From the IMG/VR virus record IMGVR_UViG_3300030708_002507, positions 1-48,358 of that record: a DNA stretch of 48,358 bases; one strand, given 5' to 3'. Positions within the stretch are counted from its first letter, which is position 1. Each line of letters opens with the position of its first letter. Position numbers and translations under genes: made by a program. The notes beneath the pieces are model-generated. The model was not told where the DNA came from, did not search any database, and was given only the letters and a program-made list of their open reading frames with translations. The stretch is from a virus (Duplodnaviria > Caudoviricetes). Positions 28,776-38,222 of the stretch are shown piece by piece.

Positions 28776-29945
28776 TTACCCTACATATATTTTAAGTGGT
28801 ATTTTATTCATTTGCTGTTGCAGTGCATCTGCTTCAGCTTGTTTTCTTTCTAATTGTGCTTGCCTTGACATTGAATCCAGTATTTCTTTTAGTTCTGTTA
28901 TAAGACCTTCTTTTTCAGTCTGAGCGGCTGATGTTAGGTCTGATCCATTCAATGTCACTTCTGAATTTGGAATAGGTAATGCAGAATATTTACCTCTAAT
29001 ATATCCTAACATTTCTTTAGCTAAAGCTAATGTATATTTTCTAATCCATTGTTTACCAACTGAATTTATATTTGAATAAACAACATCTTGATATGGTACA
29101 TTTGAATAATCTGATATTGTTCCTGTATTTCCTTTTAATGGATTCGATCTATCTGATTTTTTAATATAATCAAAATGTATTTTTGTGAATGCAGAACCAT
29201 CTGGTAATGGATATACTCTTAAACGATCATTTACTAATTGAAAAGAATATGCAGATTTTCTTATTTGATCATTAAACTCAATTCCTTGCAATCTTAAAAC
29301 ATCTGCATATGCTGGCATCATCATAAATGATACACCTGGACTATAATTACCCCAACCAAATGAATCTAACATTTGCTGAGATCCTAAACCAGTACCAATA
29401 AATGGATCAAAATATCTTGCTAATGCTGGAGGGGCCTCATGATATATTCTTTTTATTTCAATTGAATCAGTTCCAGCTGTGCCTGATTCTAAATTAACAA
29501 TAGATGAATCAGTTAAATCATAAATTTGTTGATTTGCAGACATTGTTACTGATCCAGTAAAGTATGTTACATTTCCTCCTGAACCTGCTTCAGTGCCGTA
29601 TTCTTCTGCTAGTTCAATAAGTCCTCCCATATTGGAAGATACTTTTTGTCCAGTTAAATTAGAACCGGTAGCTGCACCAAATAAATTGATCATGTTATCA
29701 CGAATATTATATGTATTCAATTGATTACCATATTCAGTGACTGCTTCTTCGAAACATGCAAAGAAGTTGATATTTTGTAATTCAATATCAGTTAAAGGAT
29801 ATCCTAATCTTTTTGCACACCAATCTGCTGTATTTACAGAAGCTGTTACATAGGTAGTATCCGAATCATATAATCCGAATGGTGTATTACCTGATACATC
29901 TGAAAATGATGCCGACCCCGGCCAAATAGGAACTTTTACTGCCAT
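28776..29945 (-). CDS. Neck / head-tail adaptor protein (T4 gp13-like)
   Basis: RLGYPLTDIEL, WIRKYTLALAKEMLGYIRGKY..P....LNG and terminal PLKIYVG. Confidence 0.8.
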   Translation of the reverse strand: MAVKVPIWPGSASFSDVSGNTPFGLYDSDTTYVTASVNTADWCAKRLGYPLTDIELQNINFFACFEEAVTEYGNQLNTYNIRDNMINLFGAATGSNLTGQKVSSNMGGLIELAEEYGTEAGSGGNVTYFTGSVTMSANQQIYDLTDSSIVNLESGTAGTDSIEIKRIYHEAPPALARYFDPFIGTGLGSQQMLDSFGWGNYSPGVSFMMMPAYADVLRLQGIEFNDQIRKSAYSFQLVNDRLRVYPLPDGSAFTKIHFDYIKKSDRSNPLKGNTGTISDYSNVPYQDVVYSNINSVGKQWIRKYTLALAKEMLGYIRGKYSALPIPNSEVTLNGSDLTSAAQTEKEGLITELKEILDSMSRQAQLERKQAEADALQQQMNKIPLKIYVG

Positions 29946-29968
29946 AGCTTACTTTCTCTCCATTTTTA

Positions 29969-29977
29969 TATAAATAT
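29969..29977 (-). promoter_or_regulatory. Class B motif
   Basis: ATATTTATA. Confidence 0.6.
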
Positions 29978-29991
29978 GTAGAACTGCAAGA

Positions 29992-30525
29992 TTAAATGCT
30001 AATACGACCGTTAATAAGTTGAACTCGACCTGTTATTAATTTAATTGGTGTTCCTGTAGTTGTAACTGAATAGTATATACCAATATTTATATAATCAAAA
30101 TATGCGACAGAACTATTTGGAGCAATATATCGCAATGCAAGTTTTTCATCTAAATTTGTTTTAACCGCGTTCCAGCTGTCAGCACCAATACCCCATAATG
30201 TAGTTGGGCCACCATATGTTACTGTGCTTATTCCATCTGATAAAGCGTTAAACCCACTAGAAGCCGTTACAGTATCTCCATACGAATCGCCGCCATCTGC
30301 AGATATAGTAAACATGGAAGTAGCAGTTGATGCATTGTACCCTATATTGAATGCCCCTGTCACTACTAATTTAGCTCCGGTAATTGTTGCATTCGATGGA
30401 ACAGATAATCCTGAAAATGCACTAAAAACAACTCCTTCTTGAAGTTTTGTTGTGTTCTCATCAGCGGATTCTACAAATGCTCTTAGGGATAAAGGCTCTG
30501 TTGGAGATGATGTGGTTGATGGCAT
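29992..30525 (-). CDS. Putative virion beta-rich (decoration/fibre) protein
   Basis: Ser/Thr/Gly-rich; VPSNATITG and YGGPTTLWG; start coupled by TAATG. Confidence 0.55.
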   Translation of the reverse strand: MPSTTSSPTEPLSLRAFVESADENTTKLQEGVVFSAFSGLSVPSNATITGAKLVVTGAFNIGYNASTATSMFTISADGGDSYGDTVTASSGFNALSDGISTVTYGGPTTLWGIGADSWNAVKTNLDEKLALRYIAPNSSVAYFDYINIGIYYSVTTTGTPIKLITGRVQLINGRISI

Positions 30526-31232
30526 TATGATACTCCTATTACTTTTGCAATATCTACTGTCGCAACACCTTTAACTTTTGCTATATTAGCAGATGCTACT
30601 CCTATTACATTATTACTATAACCGGTTGCTGCTTCTGTAAAATAACATTTAAGGCCAAGTCCTCGAATTGCACCGTATACAGGAGTATTAGTAACACTTG
30701 GTATTTTTAATCCAAAGCCCCAATCTGCTTGACTAGAAACTGTCCATGACAATCCTCCGGTTTCGGTTGGAGAGCCGGCCATTACTGTATCATTTCCTTG
30801 GTTACTTGATGGCAATGCGGGATGCCTTTTATTAGATCCTGTAAATGTTACTTCAGTGCTATCTCCATTCAAAGCTATACCACTTATTCCTGTAGAAACA
30901 TTTTGCCAGGCAATTGCAGAACTTAATGAAGTTCCATTCCATAAATGAAAAGTAAAAGTAGTAGATTCTGTAGCCCCTGATGAACCGAAGTTTCCTATGT
31001 TACCTCTCGAACTATTATATTGTGTAGATATTAATTCAAATCCATCTACAGTAGCACCTGTTGGTATTTCACTTGAAAAAAATCCTTTCCATATATGTCC
31101 TCTGTTTGCACCTGAGAACCCGGTTGCTGAAGCTCCTGATGTTGTTTCATGAAGTCTTTGTGGTTGACTAAAATTTGTCATACCAGAAATTCCTGTATTA
31201 GAAGTTGGACCATGTATACCAGTATCAGCCAT
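30525..31232 (-). CDS. Putative virion beta-rich protein
   Basis: IPTGATVDG motif similar to its neighbour; C-terminal short repeats VIGVASANIAKVKGVATVDIAKVIGV. Confidence 0.55.
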   Translation of the reverse strand: MADTGIHGPTSNTGISGMTNFSQPQRLHETTSGASATGFSGANRGHIWKGFFSSEIPTGATVDGFELISTQYNSSRGNIGNFGSSGATESTTFTFHLWNGTSLSSAIAWQNVSTGISGIALNGDSTEVTFTGSNKRHPALPSSNQGNDTVMAGSPTETGGLSWTVSSQADWGFGLKIPSVTNTPVYGAIRGLGLKCYFTEAATGYSNNVIGVASANIAKVKGVATVDIAKVIGVS

Positions 31233-31452
31233 TATAATTACTCCAATCTAAATCTTCAGGCCACAACCATCCAGTATCTTCATCATATACACCATCTGGT
31301 ATAAATTTGTTATTAACATTATCCCATACACCAATTGTATCAGAAACGCCCTCTTCGCTAGTCCAATATTTATTTTGATCTATTGCTAATTGAGAATTGT
31401 TAGATATTTCAATAATTGATCCAGAATAATATGTTGCTCTAATAAATGCCAT
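31225..31452 (-). CDS. Small acidic hypothetical protein
   Basis: 75 aa; TAATG-coupled to the upstream fibre gene. Confidence 0.6.
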   Translation of the reverse strand: MAFIRATYYSGSIIEISNNSQLAIDQNKYWTSEEGVSDTIGVWDNVNNKFIPDGVYDEDTGWLWPEDLDWSNYNG

Positions 31453-33902
31453 TATGATATTTCCACAAAAGTATTATCTGGATTAAACCATATTAAGGTT
31501 GTAGCATTAGATATTTGATATCCTATAATTCGTACTATATCACTAGCTCCACTTGGCGCGGTTCGTGAACCTGCACCGGTAACAGCTGTGTCCAGATAAA
31601 CAATTGCTCCATGTGTATTAGATCCGTTACTAATTGTATTTAAAACTACAATACCTCGCAACAACATTCCATCAGATGGAGAACTTCCTAATGCTACTGC
31701 TAATAAACCAGTAGATGTACTAGCAGCATCTGCATCAGTTTCAGCCCAATCTCCAGATGAATTATAATAATATATTTTACCAGCAGTAGTACTACCACCG
31801 CCCCATTTCACAATATCTCCACCTTGAGATGCTCCTACTGTTGCAGTTTGTACTACAAAATCTGTTTCACCTGCCTCTCCATGAATTTGACCGGTAGCAT
31901 TAATATCTCCATCTGTTAAGAAATTTCCACTTGAACTTACATTACCTGAGGCTGTTACATGTCCTATTATATTTACAGAATCTGTTGGTCCAAATTCAAC
32001 TATACTTGTTGATGTTCCTCCTTGTTGTACAAGAACTTTTCCTTTGTTACCAGATTGACCTGCTCTCAATCTTAAATTTTCTCCATTTTTAAGATTTTGT
32101 ACAAGAAAATCATCAACAGTATTTGTAGCTATATTTTTAAATAAAGTTCCATTGGAAGCCATAAATTGAATACCTTCGTTATTCGTATTTACGACAAGGC
32201 CACTATCAGAAGATATTGTACCACCTGCAATTACTTTTCTACTTGCACTTATATTTAATGATGCCGTTATGTTACCAGTTGAATTAATATCAGAGGTATC
32301 TATTCTTGCCGCTTTAAATTGTATTGAATCTAATTCTCCACCATTACTTTTTTGAATATATGCATTATTTGTAGAGGCCTCACCAAATCTTGCACTTGGC
32401 GTATAAAACCCAGTTCCATATACATTACCACTTGCACTTATATCACCTGAGGCTGATATATGACTATCCGACTCAATATTTCCTAATCCACCAAATCTAA
32501 CACCAATAAATGGACTAGCAGATGATCCAGTAGTGACAAATTCAAATCCTGTTTGAAAATATGCTCCTGGTTGAGCAGCCCCTCCAAGTTGTATCACTTT
32601 GTCTGAATCTCTAAGTTTAAGTGCTATTCTGCTACTATTATTTGAAAATATGATTCCTGGTGTTGTTACAGAAGTATCACTACTAATATCTCCTTGTACA
32701 CTTAATGAATCTCCTGCTGATCCTCCATGTTGACTCAATCCTGCCGCGGCCTGAGCTTCTTGACTATCAATTCGTACATTACCTCCTAAAAATATGTTAG
32801 TATTGCTTATGTTAGGTTGCACACCACTAGGCGGTGTTACTATAAATCTATGACTTAATCCTGCAGTTACATTATCATTGTATATATAATGATCTGCTAA
32901 CATTGCACCACTTGAACTTATTTCTGCAGCTGTTACATATCCAAATGATCCTGTACTTACTGCTGTTATACTACCATCTGTTGAAATATCACCAGTTGAT
33001 ATAATAGTACCGCTTGAACTTATAATTGATGCTGTTACACTTGTAGCAGAAACAAATCCTGATACTTCTAATCCGGTGGTGGTAGTATCATGACCAGTTA
33101 ATATAGGAAATGAACCAGAAATTGCTCGTACTTGACCGCTACCAGTTATGTCACCTTCTACATGAAAATCAGCTACAGGCGTACTTGTTTTTATTCCTAT
33201 TTTTTCTGTTCCTGCATCTACAAAAAATGCATGCGTATTAGTATTACTTTCAATACGAAAATCATAGCCTGCATTACCTGGTTCGTTAAATACAGCTCCA
33301 ACTCCATTTGTCAATCTAAATGCTTCAGTAGGTGTACTGGTGGCTCCAGTATTAAAAATCAATTGACCCATATTGAATGCTATTCTAGTTCCTAGGAACT
33401 GTTCATTATGAATAGCACCTGCTTGTGTTACATATAATCCTCCACCAATTACTTTACCACTTGAACTTATATCTCCTGAGGCTGTTACATGAGTACCTTG
33501 TGCTGATAGTATAGATGTTGAACCACTAATTAAACGAAAAATCCCAGAAGCATGTGTACTTAACTTATGTATTCCAAAAGTAAAATCATCTCCAATAGTT
33601 AAATCTCCTCCAAGTACATGATTTCCTGTAATTGAACTTGCGCTTATATTACCAGAAGCTGTTATATGATGAAATGGCTGTTCTATATTCGCTGCTTGAA
33701 TATATGAGGCAGTATCAGCATTTGATGAAGAAACTTCTTTTAATATTTCAATAGATGAAGATATTGCAAAAGATGCCGTAACATCAAGTAAAGGAACTAA
33801 TGAACCTGTACCGTCTGCTAGTTCACCACTAGATGATATTTGTAAGACTCTTTGATATGTGTCTTGAATATTTTGGCCTGTAAAATCATTTGAACCAGCC
33901 AT
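31452..33902 (-). CDS. Fibre-like virion protein with (H/N)(I/V)TASG(N/D)IS(A/S)SG repeats
   Basis: 816 aa, Ser/Gly/Thr-rich with repeated beta-strand motifs and a compact C-terminal domain. Confidence 0.65.
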   Translation of the reverse strand: MAGSNDFTGQNIQDTYQRVLQISSSGELADGTGSLVPLLDVTASFAISSSIEILKEVSSSNADTASYIQAANIEQPFHHITASGNISASSITGNHVLGGDLTIGDDFTFGIHKLSTHASGIFRLISGSTSILSAQGTHVTASGDISSSGKVIGGGLYVTQAGAIHNEQFLGTRIAFNMGQLIFNTGATSTPTEAFRLTNGVGAVFNEPGNAGYDFRIESNTNTHAFFVDAGTEKIGIKTSTPVADFHVEGDITGSGQVRAISGSFPILTGHDTTTTGLEVSGFVSATSVTASIISSSGTIISTGDISTDGSITAVSTGSFGYVTAAEISSSGAMLADHYIYNDNVTAGLSHRFIVTPPSGVQPNISNTNIFLGGNVRIDSQEAQAAAGLSQHGGSAGDSLSVQGDISSDTSVTTPGIIFSNNSSRIALKLRDSDKVIQLGGAAQPGAYFQTGFEFVTTGSSASPFIGVRFGGLGNIESDSHISASGDISASGNVYGTGFYTPSARFGEASTNNAYIQKSNGGELDSIQFKAARIDTSDINSTGNITASLNISASRKVIAGGTISSDSGLVVNTNNEGIQFMASNGTLFKNIATNTVDDFLVQNLKNGENLRLRAGQSGNKGKVLVQQGGTSTSIVEFGPTDSVNIIGHVTASGNVSSSGNFLTDGDINATGQIHGEAGETDFVVQTATVGASQGGDIVKWGGGSTTAGKIYYYNSSGDWAETDADAASTSTGLLAVALGSSPSDGMLLRGIVVLNTISNGSNTHGAIVYLDTAVTGAGSRTAPSGASDIVRIIGYQISNATTLIWFNPDNTFVEIS
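31927..33491. repeat. Three 35-bp dispersed direct repeats (31927-31961, 32428-32462, 33457-33491)
   Basis: ccacttgaacttatatctcctgaggctgttacatg; the other two copies match at 32/35 and 31/35 positions. Confidence 0.8.
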
Positions 33903-33912
33903 CTATAACCCC

Positions 33913-34509
33913 TTATTTTTGTTTTGCTAATACGTTCAATACTCCATTAATAACTTTTCCTTTTGACTCTTCGGTAATTGGTTTGAATTGAGTATATGTA
34001 GCTATAACCTTATTTAATTTATCTTTCTTTATGGAAAGATTGTTTATATTAACATTTTCATGAATTAATAATTTCATTATATTAATAATATGCTTTTTTT
34101 CAGATTCTGAAATAGTTGTCTTTTTTGTTTTATTTACTTTTTTAACTTTTGTAACTGCAACTTTTGGACCTTTTGTTTCTACAATAGGTTTTTTTGGAGA
34201 TTGAGATTTTATTTCAACTGTTACTTTTTTACTAGCCTGAACTTCAAAATCTGTTTCCCATGGCGTAAAATATGTATCATCTGCAATAACTTCTAACTTA
34301 ATGTTTCCTTTATTGCTTTCATCTATTAGGCCTTTAAGTTTTCTAATAGGAACTTTACATTTTCCGTCAGCTGATATTGAACCATTAAACATTAAACTGT
34401 ATTCTGATGTTTCTACTACCAATCTTGCAGTTGAGTTAGAAAGACTTGCACCTTCTATTTTTATATCACATTCAAATAGTTCTGCTTTATCTGTAAATAA
34501 TTTATACAT
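33913..34509 (-). CDS. Hypothetical protein (beta-rich N-domain, basic C-terminal region)
   Basis: 198-aa ORF with AAGGAG RBS. Confidence 0.7.
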   Translation of the reverse strand: MYKLFTDKAELFECDIKIEGASLSNSTARLVVETSEYSLMFNGSISADGKCKVPIRKLKGLIDESNKGNIKLEVIADDTYFTPWETDFEVQASKKVTVEIKSQSPKKPIVETKGPKVAVTKVKKVNKTKKTTISESEKKHIINIMKLLIHENVNINNLSIKKDKLNKVIATYTQFKPITEESKGKVINGVLNVLAKQK

Positions 34510-34822
34510 TTTTATTCTCCTTTACATCTCGCATTTTTTTTATTTTATCTAACGGATGATCATTCCATTGATATAAAGTAGTTTTTGGATCAACTTCACC
34601 TATATATGGAAACATTTTATTTAATTTATCTTTTCTTCCTTTACATCCACAATCTTTTCCAGTTGCTTTTGATACAGTATCAACTATTTTTTTAATACCT
34701 GTAGCTTTTGTAAATCGTTCAACGGTATCTCCTAAACCTTTATCTTTGCCTAGCATACCTTGTAGCATACCATCAACATTTACTCCCATTGATCTTGCTT
34801 TTGAAAGTGGTCCTTTTTTCAT
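34502..34822 (-). CDS. Small basic protein with GLGDT...DCGC motif
   Basis: KGLGDTVERFTKATGIKKIV...KDCGCKGRKDKLNKMFPY. Confidence 0.7.
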   Translation of the reverse strand: MKKGPLSKARSMGVNVDGMLQGMLGKDKGLGDTVERFTKATGIKKIVDTVSKATGKDCGCKGRKDKLNKMFPYIGEVDPKTTLYQWNDHPLDKIKKMRDVKENKNV

Positions 34823-35172
34823 ATCTGTATATTTTCTATTTGCATTTTTATTTTGGCTTCTTCGATAATTGTCTTTATATCATCTACATGTACATCAATA
34901 TTTTTAACTTCTTTGGATTCATCATATATTTCAATACCTTTTCTATACATAATCAATCGTATAAGTTTTTTCTTTTTTTCTGGTTCTAAAGCTTCTACAG
35001 CTGGTTGGATGATACCTCCTGCTGCTTGTTCAACAATCTCTTCAAGTATTAAAGCTACATCATTCCATTTATATGGAAAAGATGACGGCTTAAATCCAGG
35101 CTTATACCCTTCACTTGGCGGAGCTGCTTCCCATTTAAAATCTGCTTCTTCCCATTTTATCTTAGTTGCCAT
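34819..35172 (-). CDS. Hypothetical late protein
   Basis: 117 aa with a class B motif 8 nt upstream. Confidence 0.7.
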   Translation of the reverse strand: MATKIKWEEADFKWEAAPPSEGYKPGFKPSSFPYKWNDVALILEEIVEQAAGGIIQPAVEALEPEKKKKLIRLIMYRKGIEIYDESKEVKNIDVHVDDIKTIIEEAKIKMQIENIQI

Positions 35173-35180
35173 ATCTTTTA

Positions 35181-35189
35181 TATAAATAT
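35181..35189 (-). promoter_or_regulatory. Class B motif
   Basis: ATATTTATA immediately after the capsid terminator. Confidence 0.6.
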
Positions 35190-35200
35190 GTTAGAATGTA

Positions 35201-35228
35201 AGAAAGGCACCTAAAAAGGTGCCCTTCT
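35201..35228 (-). terminator. Intrinsic terminator after the major capsid gene
   Basis: AGAAGGGCACCT-TTTT-AGGTGCCTTTCT hairpin. Confidence 0.8.
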
Positions 35229-35266
35229 AATTTCAAATCCTAATAAAATCGGTTGTTTAACCTATC

Positions 35267-36952
35267 TTATATAGTATCCAATCCATCAATATGGATCTTA
35301 CCATAGAATTCTGGTCTTACCATCTTCTTAGCATATCTAGTCATTACACCTTTTCTTGGAGTGAATGAATTAGGATCATATACTAATGGAGTCATGATAA
35401 GTGGAATATATGGTGCATAAACTGCTCCAGTTTCAAGGAATTGAGCTCCTCTATATCCCATTAAGATAGTATTCTCAGTCATGTATGGGTTTTTATAAAC
35501 TTGGAATCTATTATTAATAGCACCAACTTTTTGTACACCCATTGCAAACTGCATTTTATCACCATCCGTATCAGCAGCATATCCAGGAATTGATTCTAGG
35601 ATAGTTGCAACAGTTGGAGAACATACTAGGAAGTTTGCACCACCTCTTAATGTTAACTGGTGAATCTTGTTACTTACTTTTTGGATCTTAGTTCCTAAAG
35701 TTTGGAACCATGTTCCTTGGTTGTAAGCTGCAGAATTACCAGCAGTATTAGCAAATGTAGTTAACGCTGAATCATATTCAAAGCCTAATCTAGCTGACCA
35801 GAAGTCAGTAGTTTGAGCATTTTGGATCAACATATCTAATAATTCTAAATCAATTTCTTGCGAAACATATTCAGATAACATAGAAGTTAATTCAGCCTCA
35901 GCATCAATTGAATGGTAAGCATTCAAGTCTTGAGCAAATTCTGGAGTCCAGATTGCTTTTAACTTTCTTGTCTTAGCAACAATTGCCTCAGATCTCATTT
36001 CCAGGTTAATTTCTGGAATATTAAGACTTGAGTTTGAAGCTCCTACACTTGAATCATCAGATTCAAAGTCACCTCTTGAAGTATCACCAGGTTGTTTTTG
36101 ATAAGTAATTACTACTTTACCAGAACCTGCAGCAATAGCTGGAGTTGATGCAGCAGCTTTAACTAAGAACGTTACAGTTGGTGTATTACTTGTCTCATCA
36201 TCAACTACAGTAAATTGAGGATAATAAGTTTCGATTCCAGATCCTGAAATTTGGAATGCTCTAACACCGTTAGTATCTGTTAAATCAGATGAACCAAATT
36301 TAAATGATACTTTCTGTAATTGACCAAATTCAACAGATGCAGCTGCCAATGAAGCAGAAAATTCTGAATCATGGTTTGTCCCAGCTTCAAATGCAGTTTG
36401 AGATGCATATGATTCAGTTACAATGTTAGTTCCAACAACACCAGTACCGTTAACTAAGTCAGCTTTTGTAGTTTCGTTGATAGAATATCCAAATCTACCA
36501 GCACCATAAAGACCTTCAGTAGCTACTGTTCCACCTTTGTTATCATCAGTTACACCGAATACAGAATCGTTTTGTGAATCTTTACCAGAGTTTGTAGTAA
36601 ATCCTGGTTGCGCGGTCCCATACTTGAAGTCTAGGAAGAATACAAGTCCAGATGGTAGGTTCATTGGTTGAACGCTAACAAAATCTTTAGCAGCAATCTC
36701 AGCAAAAATTCTTCTTACCAATGGTAAAGCTACACCTGACCACTCTTCAGAGTTTGCAGATGTACCAGTAGAATTTGCTTCTGATACTAATTGTTTTGCT
36801 TGGTTTTCCAATAGAACAGCCATTCCTGACTTTTCATATTCTTTGTTAAGACCTTCAAGAAGACCAGTTCTTTCCCATTTTGATACTAAGCCAGCAGTTA
36901 CTGCTTTTTGTTTTGCTAAAGTATCATTAGGCATTAATGAATTTATATCCAT
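35267..36952 (-). CDS. Major capsid protein (T4 gp23-like)
   Basis: LLENQ, VQPMNLPSGLVF, AKTRKLKA.WTPE.AQDL.AYH.IDAEAEL, YAPYIPL and GVMTRY. Confidence 0.97.
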   Translation of the reverse strand: MDINSLMPNDTLAKQKAVTAGLVSKWERTGLLEGLNKEYEKSGMAVLLENQAKQLVSEANSTGTSANSEEWSGVALPLVRRIFAEIAAKDFVSVQPMNLPSGLVFFLDFKYGTAQPGFTTNSGKDSQNDSVFGVTDDNKGGTVATEGLYGAGRFGYSINETTKADLVNGTGVVGTNIVTESYASQTAFEAGTNHDSEFSASLAAASVEFGQLQKVSFKFGSSDLTDTNGVRAFQISGSGIETYYPQFTVVDDETSNTPTVTFLVKAAASTPAIAAGSGKVVITYQKQPGDTSRGDFESDDSSVGASNSSLNIPEINLEMRSEAIVAKTRKLKAIWTPEFAQDLNAYHSIDAEAELTSMLSEYVSQEIDLELLDMLIQNAQTTDFWSARLGFEYDSALTTFANTAGNSAAYNQGTWFQTLGTKIQKVSNKIHQLTLRGGANFLVCSPTVATILESIPGYAADTDGDKMQFAMGVQKVGAINNRFQVYKNPYMTENTILMGYRGAQFLETGAVYAPYIPLIMTPLVYDPNSFTPRKGVMTRYAKKMVRPEFYGKIHIDGLDTI

Positions 36953-36977
36953 TTTTAAATCTCCTTTTAATTAGAAC

Positions 36978-38027
36978 TTATATAAGTCCAGCTAATTTCT
37001 TAAATCTATTAGCCACCTCATTTCCTTCTGAAAGAACTCTTTTTGATGGTTTTGTAGATCTAGAAGCTTTACTTGCATAAGATTCTTTGATTGATTTTTT
37101 CTTTCCACCACCCAATCTAAATGATTCAGATAATGTAGCAAATACTAACTTAACTTCTCTCAATGTCTGAGCTCTGTCAAAGTTTTCAATTACTTTCATT
37201 TTTTGACTTTCATTTAATGAATGGTTTCTAAATAATTTGTTCGAGAATAAAAGTTTTGCATTTAGAAGGTTAACTTCATTTAGCTTTGACTTCATGAATC
37301 TAATAACTTTATAAGCTTCTTCAAGTTCTTTAGCAGCGCCACCGTCATCTACTCCTGCAGTATGACCTTCTTCTACTTCTTTGTCTTCAGCTTCATCAGT
37401 TTTTTCAGCTTCATCTTCTTCTCTTAAAGCATTAATGATTTCGTCAAGATCAACTTCTTCTCCTTCGTTAGTCTCTTCTTTTTCATCTTCTTCTTTAAGT
37501 TTACCTTTACCTGGATCGTCTTGATCTTTACCATAAGCAACGTCAACTTTGTTGTCACCTTTACCAATGTCTGAAGAATCAGAAACTTCATTAGTTTCTT
37601 CTTTGTCTTCATTTTCATCAGTTTCTTTGTCACCTCTTTGACCTTCGTCTACAGTATCATCTTCAAGCTCTCTTAAGATTTCTTCTAGTTCTGCATCTTC
37701 TTCAGATAATTCGTCTTCGTCTTCTCTCATGCCTTCATTATGAGTTTCCTCATCATCTTCACGCATGCCTTCTTCGACTTCATCTTCTCTCATGCCTTCG
37801 CCCATGTCCATTTCTGGCTCTTCAGCTGGTGGAGTTTCCATTGCTGGCTCATCCATTGGCATTTCGTCCTCTTCCATATGTGACTCTTCTTCTTCAGATA
37901 ATTTTGCAGATAACATAGATTGAAGTCTTGGCGTAAAAGCTTCTTCCAATGCTAGTTTCGCATTAGCTAATGCTGTTTCTCGTACCGCTTTCGCGTCAGC
38001 AATAGCTTCTTTCAATAGTTTGTTCAT
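36978..38027 (-). CDS. Prohead core scaffolding protein
   Basis: Highly acidic centre with EGMRED repeats and helical ends; directly upstream of the major capsid gene. Confidence 0.75.
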   Translation of the reverse strand: MNKLLKEAIADAKAVRETALANAKLALEEAFTPRLQSMLSAKLSEEEESHMEEDEMPMDEPAMETPPAEEPEMDMGEGMREDEVEEGMREDDEETHNEGMREDEDELSEEDAELEEILRELEDDTVDEGQRGDKETDENEDKEETNEVSDSSDIGKGDNKVDVAYGKDQDDPGKGKLKEEDEKEETNEGEEVDLDEIINALREEDEAEKTDEAEDKEVEEGHTAGVDDGGAAKELEEAYKVIRFMKSKLNEVNLLNAKLLFSNKLFRNHSLNESQKMKVIENFDRAQTLREVKLVFATLSESFRLGGGKKKSIKESYASKASRSTKPSKRVLSEGNEVANRFKKLAGLI

Positions 38028-38144
38028 ATTGAATCTCTCCTTTAATAAAATTTTTCGGAAGTAAGGTTATTAAGAACCTTAATAGAATAGTTTAAAAATA
38101 TTCAGGGACAGTGATATTGAAACACCGTATGTTTTGAAATCAAA

Positions 38145-38153
38145 TATAAATAT
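38145..38153 (-). promoter_or_regulatory. Class B motif for the scaffold/capsid transcript
   Basis: ATATTTATA about 117 nt before the scaffold ATG. Confidence 0.6.
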
Positions 38154-38222
38154 ACAGGGATATACAAAAACCCTTATATTTTTTTAAAAAAGTTTTTGTA
38201 TATTAAATAAATAAGTTTTTTC

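Noticed and set aside
37424-37633. 69-aa Lys/Leu/Met-rich alternative-frame ORF inside the scaffold gene
   Set aside because: It is a frame-shifted reading of GAA/GAT-rich acidic codons with no independent signals.
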